Source: an uncultured Aquimonas sp. (GTDB lineage: Bacteria > Pseudomonadota > Gammaproteobacteria > Xanthomonadales > Xanthomonadaceae). From it: a stretch of DNA of 64,000 bases. Location: assembly GCA_964536455.1 (NCBI GenBank), contig CAZHXV010000001.1, forward strand, positions 1,760 through 65,759, in the 5' to 3' direction. How positions within the stretch are numbered: position 1 is the first letter of the stretch; every line of letters begins with the position of its first letter. The notes below the pieces were generated by a model that saw nothing but the letters and a program-made list of their open reading frames with translations, was not told the DNA's origin and ran no database searches. This document shows, piece by piece, positions 27,741 through 39,300 of the stretch. A program made the position numbers and the translations under genes.

Positions 27741-29622
27741 GACATTCCACCGTCAGTGTTTGCCAGACGTCGGGCAATCCGGCTTCGATGCGCGTGGCGC
27801 GCACGAGGCCGCGCCGAGCGACGCTGTCGTCCTGATATTCGATGAACACGCCCGGCTCGACGATGCCGGTTTCCGGCAACACGGGCAGGCGCAGACCGAC
27901 TTCGAACTGCATTCCCGTGTCGGCCAGCACCGCGATGCCACGCTGGCGCGCGGCGGCAGCTTCCGTGATCAGCGGATCGACGATCATCGGTGCGACGAGA
28001 TTGCCTGCGGTGCCCGCGCGCGTGACCTGACCGAGCACGCCCGCGCCTTGTCCCGACACGAAGACCCGGTTGTAGGCCGGTTTTTCCAGCCAGCGCAGGG
28101 ACTCGCGCTGGACAACATCCACCGGCAAGACCAGATCGGGCGTCACCGCAGGCCAGTCCCACGGCGCGACTGGGTAGCGGTGCCGCACGCGCAGCACGGC
28201 GGCATTGGGATGCGGCATCACATAGCCGCCCGCTGCGCCCGCAATGGCGGCGATGGCTTCGATCCACGTTCCCTGCTGCGCGAACACGCCCGCAGGCACG
28301 TTCCAGTCGATGAGGTTCCAGTCGATGTCCCAGCCCAACGGCACGCCGTTGACGGTCAGCACGTCGTCCATCAGTTGCCGCGCCGTGCGCGGTTGCGGAT
28401 TGGTGAACGACAACACCGGTGCATACGGTGCCGACAGCACCGCGTTACGGCCTCGCCCGGACAACTTCAGACTGGCCTCGCCGAAGCTGCGCTCGCGGCT
28501 GAGGTTTTCCGCCAGCACGCGAAAATCGGTGCCGTTGACGTGTGCAATGAGTTCCACTGGCGACGCGCCGTCGGTGGCTGCGATCAAAGGTTCGGCGATG
28601 GCCGGCAAGGACGCCTCGAAGCCCCACGTCCACGAGGCGGCATCCAGCGATAACGACAGCGTGAACACGGGCACCGCCGCGCCATCCGGCCAGCGGTGCA
28701 AGGTGACGTGATTGAGCACGACATAGACCCGTCGAATCGGCACGACCACCGTCCTGCCCTGGCCGGGCGCGGGATGGTTTTCGCAGAGGAAAAGGAGATG
28801 CGCGTCGGTGGCGGCGCGCAGGGCAAACAGCAGGTTCGGGTTCGGCATGTAGCAGGGATCGAACGGCGGTTCCTCGCCGTCATCGACCGGGACGACCGGA
28901 TGGTGCCCCGGCTGCGGACGCATCGCGCCCTGCCAGCGCGTGCGCCAGTCGCGGTGCAGTTCGCGCGCGGACTGGATGATTTCCGTCAGGGTGCGTCCGG
29001 CGTGCGGAACAGCCTCCTGAAAGCGCGACGTGAACTCACGGCGGCGGTCGCGCAGTCCTTCCTGATGGCGCACTTCGGCGCGCACGGCGGGCAGCCGCTG
29101 GGCTTCGGCGAACGTGAAAACCCTCGCCGTCCGCAGATGCACGCCGTCCTGGTGCGATGCGCGAATGACGCCCGTATCCAACCGCCACGCCGCCCCGAAG
29201 CGCACCGTGGCCAGCACGTCGCATCGTGCCAATACTGCCGCACGCCGCGATTCCACACCGACAATCTGCGACAGCGCCGCCTGCCAGCGCGTGCCCGCGC
29301 CGAACACGAATCGTTGTGTGGACTCCACACGCTCCTGTGCGCCAGCCAGAAACCCCGTCGCGTGCTGCCAGCCGGACGACACGCTGCCGACCACAGGCCG
29401 TGCGGCGCGCGAGCGGTATTCGCCGGTGGTGGCCAGTGTCATGGCCGGAAGCGTGGCCGCGAATGTGGCCGACGCATTCGGGATCGCCCGTGCCGAGAAC
29501 ACCAGCGCAGGCAGCGATCCCGAAAACCGACCATCCACTGGAGGAGTGTCGTTTCCAACGTCGGCACCCAGCACGAACGATGCGCCGCCCGGTGGTTGGG
29601 CGAAGCGCAGATCGGTTGTCAT
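27733..29622 (-). CDS. Phage tail tip/hub-like protein
   Basis: 629 aa in tail operon; C-terminal YNRVFVSG...AARQRG..L typical of tail hub proteins. Confidence 0.7.
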   Translation of the reverse strand: MTTDLRFAQPPGGASFVLGADVGNDTPPVDGRFSGSLPALVFSARAIPNASATFAATLPAMTLATTGEYRSRAARPVVGSVSSGWQHATGFLAGAQERVESTQRFVFGAGTRWQAALSQIVGVESRRAAVLARCDVLATVRFGAAWRLDTGVIRASHQDGVHLRTARVFTFAEAQRLPAVRAEVRHQEGLRDRRREFTSRFQEAVPHAGRTLTEIIQSARELHRDWRTRWQGAMRPQPGHHPVVPVDDGEEPPFDPCYMPNPNLLFALRAATDAHLLFLCENHPAPGQGRTVVVPIRRVYVVLNHVTLHRWPDGAAVPVFTLSLSLDAASWTWGFEASLPAIAEPLIAATDGASPVELIAHVNGTDFRVLAENLSRERSFGEASLKLSGRGRNAVLSAPYAPVLSFTNPQPRTARQLMDDVLTVNGVPLGWDIDWNLIDWNVPAGVFAQQGTWIEAIAAIAGAAGGYVMPHPNAAVLRVRHRYPVAPWDWPAVTPDLVLPVDVVQRESLRWLEKPAYNRVFVSGQGAGVLGQVTRAGTAGNLVAPMIVDPLITEAAAARQRGIAVLADTGMQFEVGLRLPVLPETGIVEPGVFIEYQDDSVARRGLVRATRIEAGLPDVWQTLTVECHA

Positions 29623-29628
29623 GCGCGA

Positions 29629-30018
29629 TCACCCCAGGGTTCCCGACAAAATCCGCGTGGTGCCGCCTGCGTAGAGCATGGTCGTCGGCAGTTGCAGCTC
29701 GCCGCCGCCGTCGATTTCGGACACATCGCAGTCCCACGCCAGCACGCCATTGCCGTTGACGATGCGCGCCCACGCCGCGACGCCGGTGACGAGGATCAGC
29801 GCCTCGTTGGTGGGCGTCAGCGTCAGGATTCCGGCATCGACCGTGCCGAGTGGTTTCTCCAGCACGATGGACGCCAGCATCGGCCCCGGCGGTGTCTCGC
29901 CGAAGGCCGGGCGTTCGCCCGCGAACACCTGCGCACGCGCCTGCTCGAAGCCCAGCGACAGGAAGGCGATGACGCCTTGCAGCCGGTATCCGTTGAGATC
30001 GGTGGAAATCTGGATCAC
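29629..30018 (-). CDS. Minor tail protein
   Basis: TGVAAWARIVNG.G....D.DV motif; GTG start overlaps upstream stop. Confidence 0.7.
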   Translation of the reverse strand: MIQISTDLNGYRLQGVIAFLSLGFEQARAQVFAGERPAFGETPPGPMLASIVLEKPLGTVDAGILTLTPTNEALILVTGVAAWARIVNGNGVLAWDCDVSEIDGGGELQLPTTMLYAGGTTRILSGTLG

Positions 30019-30980
30019 GGCGGCATCGGTTCCGCACGCAGGTTGTCCGCGATCACCGCACGGAAGTTGTGCTTGTAGTCGTAGGCGACCACAACGTAGC
30101 GCGGTTCGGGATTGATCTCGTCGAAGCAATACTCGCCCGTGACCGGATCACTCCACGTCTCGCGCACGAGCACATGGCGACACTCATCGAACAGGAACAC
30201 GCGGCGCGACACCGGGCGGTCATTCGGCACGGCCTTTTCCTTCACCGTGCCGGTGATGCGGTGATTGCCGTGGTAGTAGTGGTTGCGGAAACCGAGCAGC
30301 TTCGTGAAGCCGCGTGGGTTGTAGTGCGTGGCCTGCGCAGTGGTCAGGTCGAGAATGCGGTGGCCAAGGATCGGCGGCAGCAGGCGTGACGTCACCTCGG
30401 TGGGTGGATCGGGCAGCGCGCTCGGCGCGTCGCCCGCGATACCGTGCAGCCGCAAGGTGATGCCATAGCCGAACACGCAGGGCAGAAACGCATCGAAATA
30501 CCGCTCGTAGCCGCGCCAGAGGATCACGCCGTCGAGGGACAGTTGGAACGTCCACGTCGCCAGCGCGTGCCGCCTCACGTCAATCCGCACCGTACGGCGC
30601 TCCCCGGCTGCTGCCCATTCCGCAGGCTCGATGTGTACGTTGCTGGTTTCCGAACCGTTCGCCTCCCAGCGGTTGCGAACCCAGTTCCCTTGCCACACTG
30701 CGACCCGCTGACCTTCGTAGCGTTCCACGCCCGTCCAGAACCAGAATCCGAAATGCGGCGGGCTGGTGACATGCGCGAGGATCTCCACGTCCATCTCGAT
30801 CCAGAAGTCGGTGGACATCGGTGCGGCCACGATCTTCCAGAAGTTCTGGTTTTGCGTGAACACGAGATCGACGGCCTGCTCGGCTTCCTTCCACGTTGGC
30901 GTGATGCCACCCGCGCCACCCAGCGTGGCAAATCCCGCAGGTAAGCCAGTGGCAAAGGTTTCGTTGAGTGGATAGGCCAT
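30015..30980 (-). CDS. Tail/receptor-binding accessory protein
   Basis: Trp-rich lectin-like N-terminus; C-terminal ITGTV...RRV.L......TWSD..G.Y.F domain. Confidence 0.65.
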   Translation of the reverse strand: MAYPLNETFATGLPAGFATLGGAGGITPTWKEAEQAVDLVFTQNQNFWKIVAAPMSTDFWIEMDVEILAHVTSPPHFGFWFWTGVERYEGQRVAVWQGNWVRNRWEANGSETSNVHIEPAEWAAAGERRTVRIDVRRHALATWTFQLSLDGVILWRGYERYFDAFLPCVFGYGITLRLHGIAGDAPSALPDPPTEVTSRLLPPILGHRILDLTTAQATHYNPRGFTKLLGFRNHYYHGNHRITGTVKEKAVPNDRPVSRRVFLFDECRHVLVRETWSDPVTGEYCFDEINPEPRYVVVAYDYKHNFRAVIADNLRAEPMPP

Positions 30981-30981
30981 C

Positions 30982-32247
30982 TCAAAGACGCCACGGGCCA
31001 GTGATGTCGAAGGCAAACGCGCTGGTGTTGCCTTCACTGCCGTAGTCCATCGTCACGATCAGGAACTTCCTGCCCGGATAGCCGATGACGTTTTCCAGAA
31101 TCGTGAGGTGCGGATAAGGCTGGTTCTGATGAATCCAGAACACGCCCGGCAGGATGCCACGCAGGTGCCCGGTGCTTTCGCGCAGGTAGATCGGGTGAAG
31201 GATGAAGCCGTAGTCCGGCCCGTTCGGGAAGGGGATATTGGCCGAGCGTCCAGACACGGTCTGGTTGTTGCCGCAATTGAGCGAGAACAGGCCCAGCCGC
31301 ACATTGCCGCCCACATGGGTGAAGTCACGCATGCAGATCTTGCCGGTCGTCTCCAGCGAGTAGGTCGGATACAGGTCTTGGTTCGGATAGTTGTTGGGAT
31401 AGTCATAGACCTCCCGATACCGCTCCGATGCCGTGAGCATCGAGTCGTAGTTGTCGCCGGGTTTGTAGCTGTCAAAGTCGGTGAAGCTGTAGAGCAGGCG
31501 CTTGTCTCCGCCCCAGCCGGAGGAGTTGGACAGGAAGAATCCTCGGTCGTCGCCGACCAGCACCCAACTGCGCGCCCAGTTGCCGTTGTCGCCATCGGTT
31601 TCGCGCGTGGCATTGCGGGCGAAGTACCACTTGAACCAGCCCGCGTACATCGCATTCCCGCTGCCTGATGGCACTTCGTTCTTGGTGGGCTTGGCGTTGT
31701 CGAAGGGCGCACGCGCACCGACGAAGGTGTCGATATCGACCATGTCCTCGGCCAGGGTGACGCGCCCGAACTTCGCCCACGTCGCCCCATAGCCTTCGGG
31801 CTGGCTGTCATCCACGCGCAGGAAGGGGCGATTGGAGAGGGGATTGGGACTGCGATAAACGCGCTTGTTCTCGGCACTGAACGCGATCTCCAAACCCAAC
31901 GGAGCCACCTTGGCGGTGATGCCGAGCAGCGTGGTCGCAGGTGTGGCCGGTGTGTTCGCCACCGTGAAGATGACCGAGTCCAGCGTTATGGCCTCGATGG
32001 TGAAATCACCGTTGTACTCGGGCTGATCGCACCCGGCGACACGGATCACCTGATCGACCATGAAGCCGTGGCCGGAGCCGATCCTCGCCGTGGCGGTATC
32101 GCCATCGCGGGTGATTTCCAGCACGGGTTTCAGGTTGAAGCCGTTGACCAACAGCGCATCGAGCAGCGCGGTGAGGCTGCCCCAGTTGTTGGTCAGCACC
32201 GGCGCTCCGGCCATGCCGTTGTGCATCCATTTGACCTTGTTGCTCAT
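30982..32247 (-). CDS. Tail fibre/receptor-binding protein
   Basis: GAPVL....GSL.ALLDA.LVNGF N-terminus; Tyr/Asn-rich C-terminus ending FDITGPW. Confidence 0.7.
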   Translation of the reverse strand: MSNKVKWMHNGMAGAPVLTNNWGSLTALLDALLVNGFNLKPVLEITRDGDTATARIGSGHGFMVDQVIRVAGCDQPEYNGDFTIEAITLDSVIFTVANTPATPATTLLGITAKVAPLGLEIAFSAENKRVYRSPNPLSNRPFLRVDDSQPEGYGATWAKFGRVTLAEDMVDIDTFVGARAPFDNAKPTKNEVPSGSGNAMYAGWFKWYFARNATRETDGDNGNWARSWVLVGDDRGFFLSNSSGWGGDKRLLYSFTDFDSYKPGDNYDSMLTASERYREVYDYPNNYPNQDLYPTYSLETTGKICMRDFTHVGGNVRLGLFSLNCGNNQTVSGRSANIPFPNGPDYGFILHPIYLRESTGHLRGILPGVFWIHQNQPYPHLTILENVIGYPGRKFLIVTMDYGSEGNTSAFAFDITGPWRL

Positions 32248-32260
32248 GAGTTCCTCTGGC

Positions 32261-35200
32261 TCAAGGACGATCCACGTCGCCGCGCACGAGCAACGTGAAG
32301 GCATCCGAAGTGGCGGTTTCCGGCCCTTGCTGGATGGTGCGGACGACCCACACCGGGAACAGCGCACCGATGGTGTTGAAACGCAGCACGTTGCCTGCCG
32401 CCCAGCCCGAACCCCAACCCAGCGCACGCAACGTGAAATAGGGTTTGCCGGTGGCCGGATTGATCGGCGCGATATCGTTGGCGGTGGTTCCCGTGGCGAT
32501 GATGCCGACGTGTTCGCCAATCACCTGAAAGGCGGTCGTATTGGTGAACTGAATCGCCCAGCGTTCGGTGATCGCACCCGCATTCGTCACCGTGATCGGG
32601 GCGAGCACATCGTTGTAGGTGGCGGTCGCGGCATTGCCGACGAGGCCATCGTTGAACGCGCCGTTCCACGTCGCCTGATCGAACAGGGTGCTGACGTAGG
32701 CGCGCAGATCGCCCGACACCAGTGCGGAGGACACATGCGAGCCTGTGGGGTAGTCGTGCGTGATCTGGCGGGTAAAGCCCAAGCGCCCGGAGATCTGCAC
32801 ATCCGACACCTGCACCATGTCCTCGATGCGGTGTTCGACGAGTACCGGCTGGGCGATGCCGTTCACATCCGCAAAGCTGACGACACCCGCTTCCAGATCG
32901 ACCGTGTATCCGGCGGTGACGACGGCGAGGTTGCCGTCCAGCACGCGCACGCGCGACAGCCGCACTCGGTTGCAGTTGACCGTCATGCCGTTGCTGGCGG
33001 TGAACGGCCCGACCTGCCCGGTGTGGCCGATCACGGCAAAATCACCGACCCGGAAAATCGGCACGCGCCCGTCCTGCGGCAGTCGCACCGGATCAAGGCC
33101 GATCAGATCGGCATCCAGCGGCAGGTAGGAGTACGCGACGGCGTTGTATTTGATCGTGTCGGCGAACACCGGCGCGGGCTTGAACACCGACGCCACGCCG
33201 CCCATCGTCACCACCCCGCCGGGATCGAACCAGATTTCGTCCTCGTTCCCGGCAGCGGGCACCCATGCGCCGAAGCGCACGCGCACGACGCCGGTTTCGT
33301 AGTCGATCCGCCCGGTGATGCCATCGCCCGCGATTACGCCATTGCTGTCGGCGCTGACGTTGAGCGTGCCGCCGGTGAGCTTGGTGGCGAGGATTTGCAG
33401 GCTGGAGGGGCGCACCGGCGAAGCCGGAATGCGGAACGTGGCCTCATCGACGGGCGTGCCGTCGAGTGAGGTCAACAGCGACCGCAGCGCCACGGCATTG
33501 GGCTGCCCTGGCGTCCACGCGGTCACGGCGACCGTGCCGGTGGAGTAATTGATCGTCCCGGCCAGCGTCGCCGCGCCGTTCACCGGATTGAGGTTGTAGT
33601 AGAGGCTGCCCAGCCGGTCGAAGTAGATTTTTCCGCCGAGTGAGAAATTGACGCTGCCCGGCACGATGGGTTCGGCGAAGCTGGGCGTCAGATCAAACTC
33701 CAGCGCACCTGCCGTGAAGGCTTCGGTGACCGAGTTCGATGTGCCAGCGGCGCGGTAGCGCACCTTCGCCCAGCCGGTTTCATCAATCGGCATCGAGGCA
33801 CCGGCGGGGATGTAGAGCCAGTGCGAGAAGCGGTTGCGATAGACCGGCGTGGTCGTGCCGTCGGGATTGCGGGTGAAGCCGATGCGGGTGACGGAGTAAC
33901 GCGCTGTCGGGATGTGGATCGTGGTGTCGGGGATGAACCAGACCACGCCGGTGTCGTAGTTCACCGTGCCAAGAAATGCGCCGGTGGTGTCCTTCAGCAG
34001 ACCTGCGCCGTCGTCGCGGATCGTCTTGATGGGATCGACGGGGCGGTAATACTGAAGCTCGGCGGGCGTGGTCGAGATGTAGTCATACGGCTCGATCAGG
34101 AGGTTCCACTCCAGTTCGACCGTGCCCGGAATCAGCCCATTGAAGTCCAGTTCCAGCGAGATGGCACCGGAGCCATCTCGCAGCGGCGCATGAAACTCCT
34201 CCTCGGAGGGCGGGCCCCAGGTATAGGCGACGGTGTAGGTCTGGCCGCCCGCAGGCAGATTGGTCGGCGTGAGTGCGATCAGTCCGGTCTGGTAATTGAT
34301 CGACCCTGTGGCATGGCCGGTGATCTTGCCCTTGCCATCGTCCGTGGCTGTGCGTGCGGTGCCATCGTTCCATGTGATCTGAACGGAACCGGGCGTGATG
34401 CCGGTGTTCGCCAGTTGGCACGACACCGATGGCGGCGCAATGCTCTGGTCGGCGCGGTTGAAGTAATTGGACGCGCCGCCCCACGCGAACACGATCTCCG
34501 AGCCAACATCGGGCAGCGCGCCGACCGTCACCTGCACCGTGCCGGAGACGTAGTTGACCGTGCCGACGCCGTATTCCTGCGAGGTGCCTTTCAGCGCGCC
34601 GGAACCGTTGTCGCGCAGGTCATACCACTTGCCTTGTGCGCGGTAGCTCACCTGCAAGGAACCGGGCGCAGGCGCGGGCACGATGGTGAGGACGTAGTTG
34701 TAGCTGCGGTTTTCGATCTCGACGCGGATGCCAGCGGTGTCCGCCACGCGGATCGGTGCGACCGCAGGCCGGAAGGTGATGACCTTGTTGGCGTTGTAGG
34801 CCAGCCCCGCGTTGAGGCGGATTTCCCCGCGCGGGTAATCGACGGTGCCGATCACGGTCGCGCCATCGACCAGTTGCCCGCCGTTGTCGGTGAAGGTGCT
34901 GCCGCTGACCGCCATCGAGAACGACCCCGGCAGGATGGCATTGCCGACCGACATCACCGTGGTCGCGTTGAAGGCTGCGTTGGTCTGGTACGTGACCGTG
35001 CCGTTGGCGCAGTCGATCAGGGTTTGCGAGGTGCCACCGGCGGTGAGGTCGAGCAGCGGTGTCTCGGTCTGGGCCGAGGGCACGAGCTGGGTGAATATGC
35101 TGCTGACAGACGCCGCCACATCGCCGATCTGGATCGGCTGGGTCGTCGGCACCACACCGCAATACTTGGCGGCATCGGCCACCACCGTGTCGCGGGTGCG

Positions 35201-35863
35201 TGTCTTGTTGGTTTCCTGCGTGAACAGGCGGTTGGGCGGCGAACCGGGGAAGTCGTAGCGCAGGGCATCGGACAGATCGCAGGTGACGACGACCGCGTGG
35301 TAATCGGTGATCCCGCTGCCTCCGTTGTACGAATACGTCCGCAGTTCCGACTGCACGCGGGTGACGCGGATGTACTGCGCGACTTCAGTGGACAGCCCTT
35401 CGTTCTGGACGAGGTGCAGGGTTTTGCCAATCGGCGGCAGTTCCGCGCCTTCGCGCTGGAACAGCTGGATCGAGCGTTGGCCTGCGATGTGGTTTTCCAG
35501 CAGATACCCGTTCCACATCGAGCCTTTGTTGAGGAAGGCCTCGATGCGGTCGCGCGCGTGGGTACGGCGGTCGAAGACTTCCTGCGTGGAGAAGATCGTC
35601 ACCGCCACGCGGGGATCGACGGGCGCGTCGGCCACGATCACGTTGCCGCCAAGGTACGTGTCGGTGGTGTCGGTCTGGACGGAGGCGAACACCTTGCGCA
35701 GGTTCACGCGGCCACCGGCGCGATCCATTTCGCTGATGTCGTTGAACAGCGAGTTGCTTGCGCCATCGACGATGACGGTGGACGTGGGCGCGCCGCCGCC
35801 TTCGGGCACGTCGTCCATGACTTGACTGGCGACGAGCTTCACGTCGCCCACGAGAATTGGCAT
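32261..35863 (-). CDS. Large virion tail structural protein (1200 aa)
   Basis: DVPEGGG, LFNDISEMDRAGGRVNLRKVF, repeated G.(V/I)(N/D)Y.TG motifs. Confidence 0.8.
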   Translation of the reverse strand: MPILVGDVKLVASQVMDDVPEGGGAPTSTVIVDGASNSLFNDISEMDRAGGRVNLRKVFASVQTDTTDTYLGGNVIVADAPVDPRVAVTIFSTQEVFDRRTHARDRIEAFLNKGSMWNGYLLENHIAGQRSIQLFQREGAELPPIGKTLHLVQNEGLSTEVAQYIRVTRVQSELRTYSYNGGSGITDYHAVVVTCDLSDALRYDFPGSPPNRLFTQETNKTRTRDTVVADAAKYCGVVPTTQPIQIGDVAASVSSIFTQLVPSAQTETPLLDLTAGGTSQTLIDCANGTVTYQTNAAFNATTVMSVGNAILPGSFSMAVSGSTFTDNGGQLVDGATVIGTVDYPRGEIRLNAGLAYNANKVITFRPAVAPIRVADTAGIRVEIENRSYNYVLTIVPAPAPGSLQVSYRAQGKWYDLRDNGSGALKGTSQEYGVGTVNYVSGTVQVTVGALPDVGSEIVFAWGGASNYFNRADQSIAPPSVSCQLANTGITPGSVQITWNDGTARTATDDGKGKITGHATGSINYQTGLIALTPTNLPAGGQTYTVAYTWGPPSEEEFHAPLRDGSGAISLELDFNGLIPGTVELEWNLLIEPYDYISTTPAELQYYRPVDPIKTIRDDGAGLLKDTTGAFLGTVNYDTGVVWFIPDTTIHIPTARYSVTRIGFTRNPDGTTTPVYRNRFSHWLYIPAGASMPIDETGWAKVRYRAAGTSNSVTEAFTAGALEFDLTPSFAEPIVPGSVNFSLGGKIYFDRLGSLYYNLNPVNGAATLAGTINYSTGTVAVTAWTPGQPNAVALRSLLTSLDGTPVDEATFRIPASPVRPSSLQILATKLTGGTLNVSADSNGVIAGDGITGRIDYETGVVRVRFGAWVPAAGNEDEIWFDPGGVVTMGGVASVFKPAPVFADTIKYNAVAYSYLPLDADLIGLDPVRLPQDGRVPIFRVGDFAVIGHTGQVGPFTASNGMTVNCNRVRLSRVRVLDGNLAVVTAGYTVDLEAGVVSFADVNGIAQPVLVEHRIEDMVQVSDVQISGRLGFTRQITHDYPTGSHVSSALVSGDLRAYVSTLFDQATWNGAFNDGLVGNAATATYNDVLAPITVTNAGAITERWAIQFTNTTAFQVIGEHVGIIATGTTANDIAPINPATGKPYFTLRALGWGSGWAAGNVLRFNTIGALFPVWVVRTIQQGPETATSDAFTLLVRGDVDRP

Positions 35864-35884
35864 GGGGCTCCTGCAGAATTTGGG

Positions 35885-36292
35885 TCAGAGCTGCATCAGG
35901 CGCAGCGTCAATCGGTAGAAATCGCCGTCGCGCCGCGCGGGCACGCCCAGCACGGGTTCGGCTTCGACGCACACCTCCGCGTGCCGAAAGGCCACGGTGA
36001 AGACGCGCGCATCGGCCAGTCGCAGTTCGAAGCGACCATCGGTATCGGTGAGGGGAATCGCCGCCCACGCATGCAGCGTGTTCACCGTGGCGCGCGTCAC
36101 CCACGCCATGTCGGCGGGGCCGACGAGGGTGATAGGGCGACCGGCCTGCCGTGTGGCCGACTGCACCAGCAGCGCGCCGGTGATGAGGTAACTGGTCGTC
36201 GCCACGGCAGGCGACCACGCATGTTCATCGGCCCACAGCAGATCGTCGGGCAACGCGAGTGCGTCCCCGCTGGCGAGGTGGATCAGTTGCAT
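35885..36292 (-). CDS. Distal tail protein-like
   Basis: LPDDL.W.DE..W, GRPITL; immediately after tape measure gene. Confidence 0.7.
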   Translation of the reverse strand: MQLIHLASGDALALPDDLLWADEHAWSPAVATTSYLITGALLVQSATRQAGRPITLVGPADMAWVTRATVNTLHAWAAIPLTDTDGRFELRLADARVFTVAFRHAEVCVEAEPVLGVPARRDGDFYRLTLRLMQL

Positions 36293-36307
36293 CGGGGATG
36301 TGGAAAC

Positions 36308-39300
36308 TCAGATCGTTCGGGCGCGCGCGGCGTCGAGCAGGGTCAACAGGCGAGATTCGTCACGCGCATCCAGCGTGGCGGTGACCTTCTGGCCACCCGC
36401 CGCCAGTTCCACGCGCACGGTGCGTGTGGGTGCGCCGTCGGTCACTAATGCCGGACGCGGAATCGCCACGCCCGCCGCTTGCACGAAGCCACCCGTGGCA
36501 AAACCCTGGACACCGGCGAGCGTGCGTCCGGCCAGCGCCTTGGCGGGTGCGGCCATGCGGTTGATGGCCTCGAAGAAACCGACACCGAGGCGCTGTACCG
36601 TGGCGCGGTTGATCACGTATTCGCCGGGGGTGAGCAGCGCCGGAACCGTGTCTGAAGCCGCAACGCCACCACGCGCGAAGAACTGGCCGTCGAGACTTTC
36701 CATATAGGAAATCAGCTCACGTTCGAGGTCTTTGCCGGTCAGCAGGGCTTGCGCCATCGCACTGCGCCAGCGGTTCTTGATGAGGCCCACCGTGCTCTGT
36801 TCGACACCGGTCAATGTCTTAGTGGACTCCAGCGGGCGCAGGTATTCGGTATCGACACCTTTCTGCTTGCCGTAGTGCCGTTCGGTGTTGAAGCGGAACG
36901 AGGGACTGAAGGCCAGTCCGTTGTGCGCGAGCTGGTAGGAGACGTAGGTCATCATCCCCTGATAGCCCAGTTCGACCAGTTTCAGGGCTTCCACCACATC
37001 CTTGTTGCGCTTGGGCGGTTCGTAGCCTTTCTGCCACGGCAATTTCGGCATTGCGCCCTCCGAAGCACTGCCTTGCAGGGTGGAGCCACCTTCCGCAAAG
37101 CGCGCAACTTTTCCGAGCCGTGCCAGCGCGCCGATGCCGTACTTGCGAACCGCTGCCTTGCGGATCACGAAGGCACCGGCATCCAGCGCACGCGGCACGG
37201 TGTCGCCATCGCCTGAACCCGGCACCGTGCCGCCCGTCATGCGCGGGAAGCGCAGGCTCGCCAGCGGCGAGGCGACATTGCCGCCGTCCGCGAACCGCGC
37301 CACGCTCGCGCCGACCACACCGCCGGTGGCATTGGTCTCGACCTTGGTGACGTAGATCGTGTGCGTGCTGGAGGTGTTCGCACCGTTGAGGCTCATCACC
37401 TGCGCCCGCGCCGCATCGGCGTTGTGTTCGACCAGATGCCTCGACTGGGTTTGAAGATCGTTGAGTGATGCAATCTGCCGCTCCACGTTGGTCACGGCAG
37501 CTTCGGCCTTTTCCGTGGACACCTTCAGATCGAACTGCGAATGCTCCACCGCATAGGCTTTGAGCCGGTCGAGCGCCTGTTGCGCCTGCGTGAAATCCGC
37601 ATCGACCGGCAGCGTCTTGCCTTCCTTCAGCAGTTGCTCGTACTCGCGCAGGCGGGTTTCGGCTTCCTCTATATCCGCCTGAATCTGGATCAGGTATTCC
37701 TTTTCCCGCAACGAGGCGTCGAGCGCATCCAGCGCCTTGTCGAAGCGTTCGGTGTTGGCGTCCAGCGTGATCTTGAACCCGTCGCGCAGTTTGGCGGTGA
37801 GGTCGTCGATCTGTGATTGCGTGTCGGAAAGGGTGCGCTGGATGGAATTGCGCGCCGAGGTCGCGGCGTCGGCGGCGCTGCGGTGGGCGCGGGCTTCGGC
37901 ATCGAGCGCATCGTTGAGCAGGGATTCGGATTCGCGGATTTCGTCGATGGACTGGCGCACGCCGTTCTTGCCGTCCCGAATCTGCCGGTCGGCTTCACGC
38001 GCCTTGCTGGCCATCTGCGCACGCAGGTCGCCCGCCTGTTGCAGCAGTTGGGCCTCGGTATCGAACTCGCGGCGGTGGTTGGCTTGGCGAGCCTGAGACT
38101 CCAGTTGCACGATTTGGCTGAACGTCTGTTCGGACTGCTGCCGGGCCTGTTCGCCGCGTTTGGCCTCGCTGGACTGCGTGTTGGCGACCTGTACCGCCAA
38201 GTCCATCGCCTTCTGCGCGAACTGGCGGGACTGCTCGAACTCGCCTACTGCCAGCGCCGCACGCGCCTTCTGCTGCAATTCGGCGATCTGGCGTTTGCGA
38301 TCTTCCGTGGCCTCGTAGTCGGACATGGTCTGGCGACGGATGTCGCGGATGCGCTCCTCCGTCGTCATCGTCAGTTGCCGCTTGGCGTGCTCGATGCGCT
38401 GGATTTCGGCCAGATGGCGGTTGGCTTCGGCGTTCAGCGCGTCGATGTGCTGGCGGTAATCGCCCAGCGCCTGCGTCAGGGTTTGGCGCTTGGTGGCGAG
38501 GATGTCGTTTTCCACACGCTGTACGTTGGCGCGGCGTTCCTCCTCGGTCGCACCCTGTCTTGCCGCCGCATCGCGCCGAGCCTGGGATTCCTGCTCGATG
38601 AGGGCAAGCACCTGCGTCGTGGCCTGCTGGCGCAAGCTCGCCTGCTGTTTCAGGGCGTCCGTGAGCAGTTGCGTGGCTTGCGCCATCTGGTCGCGCTCGG
38701 ACTGGCGCGTGGTGGTCAGTTCCGCCTGTTCGGCGGCATAGCGCGCCTTGACCGCCGTGATCTGCGTTTGCAGTTCGGCTCCGATCAGGCCGGAAAGCCC
38801 CTTGTAGGCTTCGCCCATCTTCGACACGGCATCGTTCACCGTGCCCGAGGCCTTGCCTGCGGCCTGCTCGACTTCGCCAAGGCGCGATTTTAGTTTCTCG
38901 ACCGCACCGTGGACGGCTTCGATGCCGCGCCCGACCGCTTCCTGCGTCCCCTGACGTACCGCTTCCATGCGACGGGCGATTTCTTCGGCAGCGGTCGCTG
39001 CCGTGTTCATCGCCGCCTTCGCGCCTTCCGTGCCCGCCTGCGCATCGGCATACATCTCGGCGAAGATCTGGTTCATCTCGGCCAGCCGCTGCCGATGCCG
39101 TTCGGAGGCCGCCGCCATCGTGTCGCCGGTGAAGATGGCAGCGAAGGATTCCCACTGGTATTGCAGTTCCTCGATGCCGCGCATCAGCACATGCACCATC
39201 GCCACGCCCGCCACCCGCACGATGGCGAATTTTTCCCTCAACCACGTTCCGATTTCCCAGCCAATCACGGCAGCGGCCAGCACCGCAAAGGCCACGCGCA

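Noticed and set aside
30015..32247. Tail fibre as target of a diversity-generating retroelement
   Set aside because: No reverse transcriptase and no adenine-variant template repeat seen in the window
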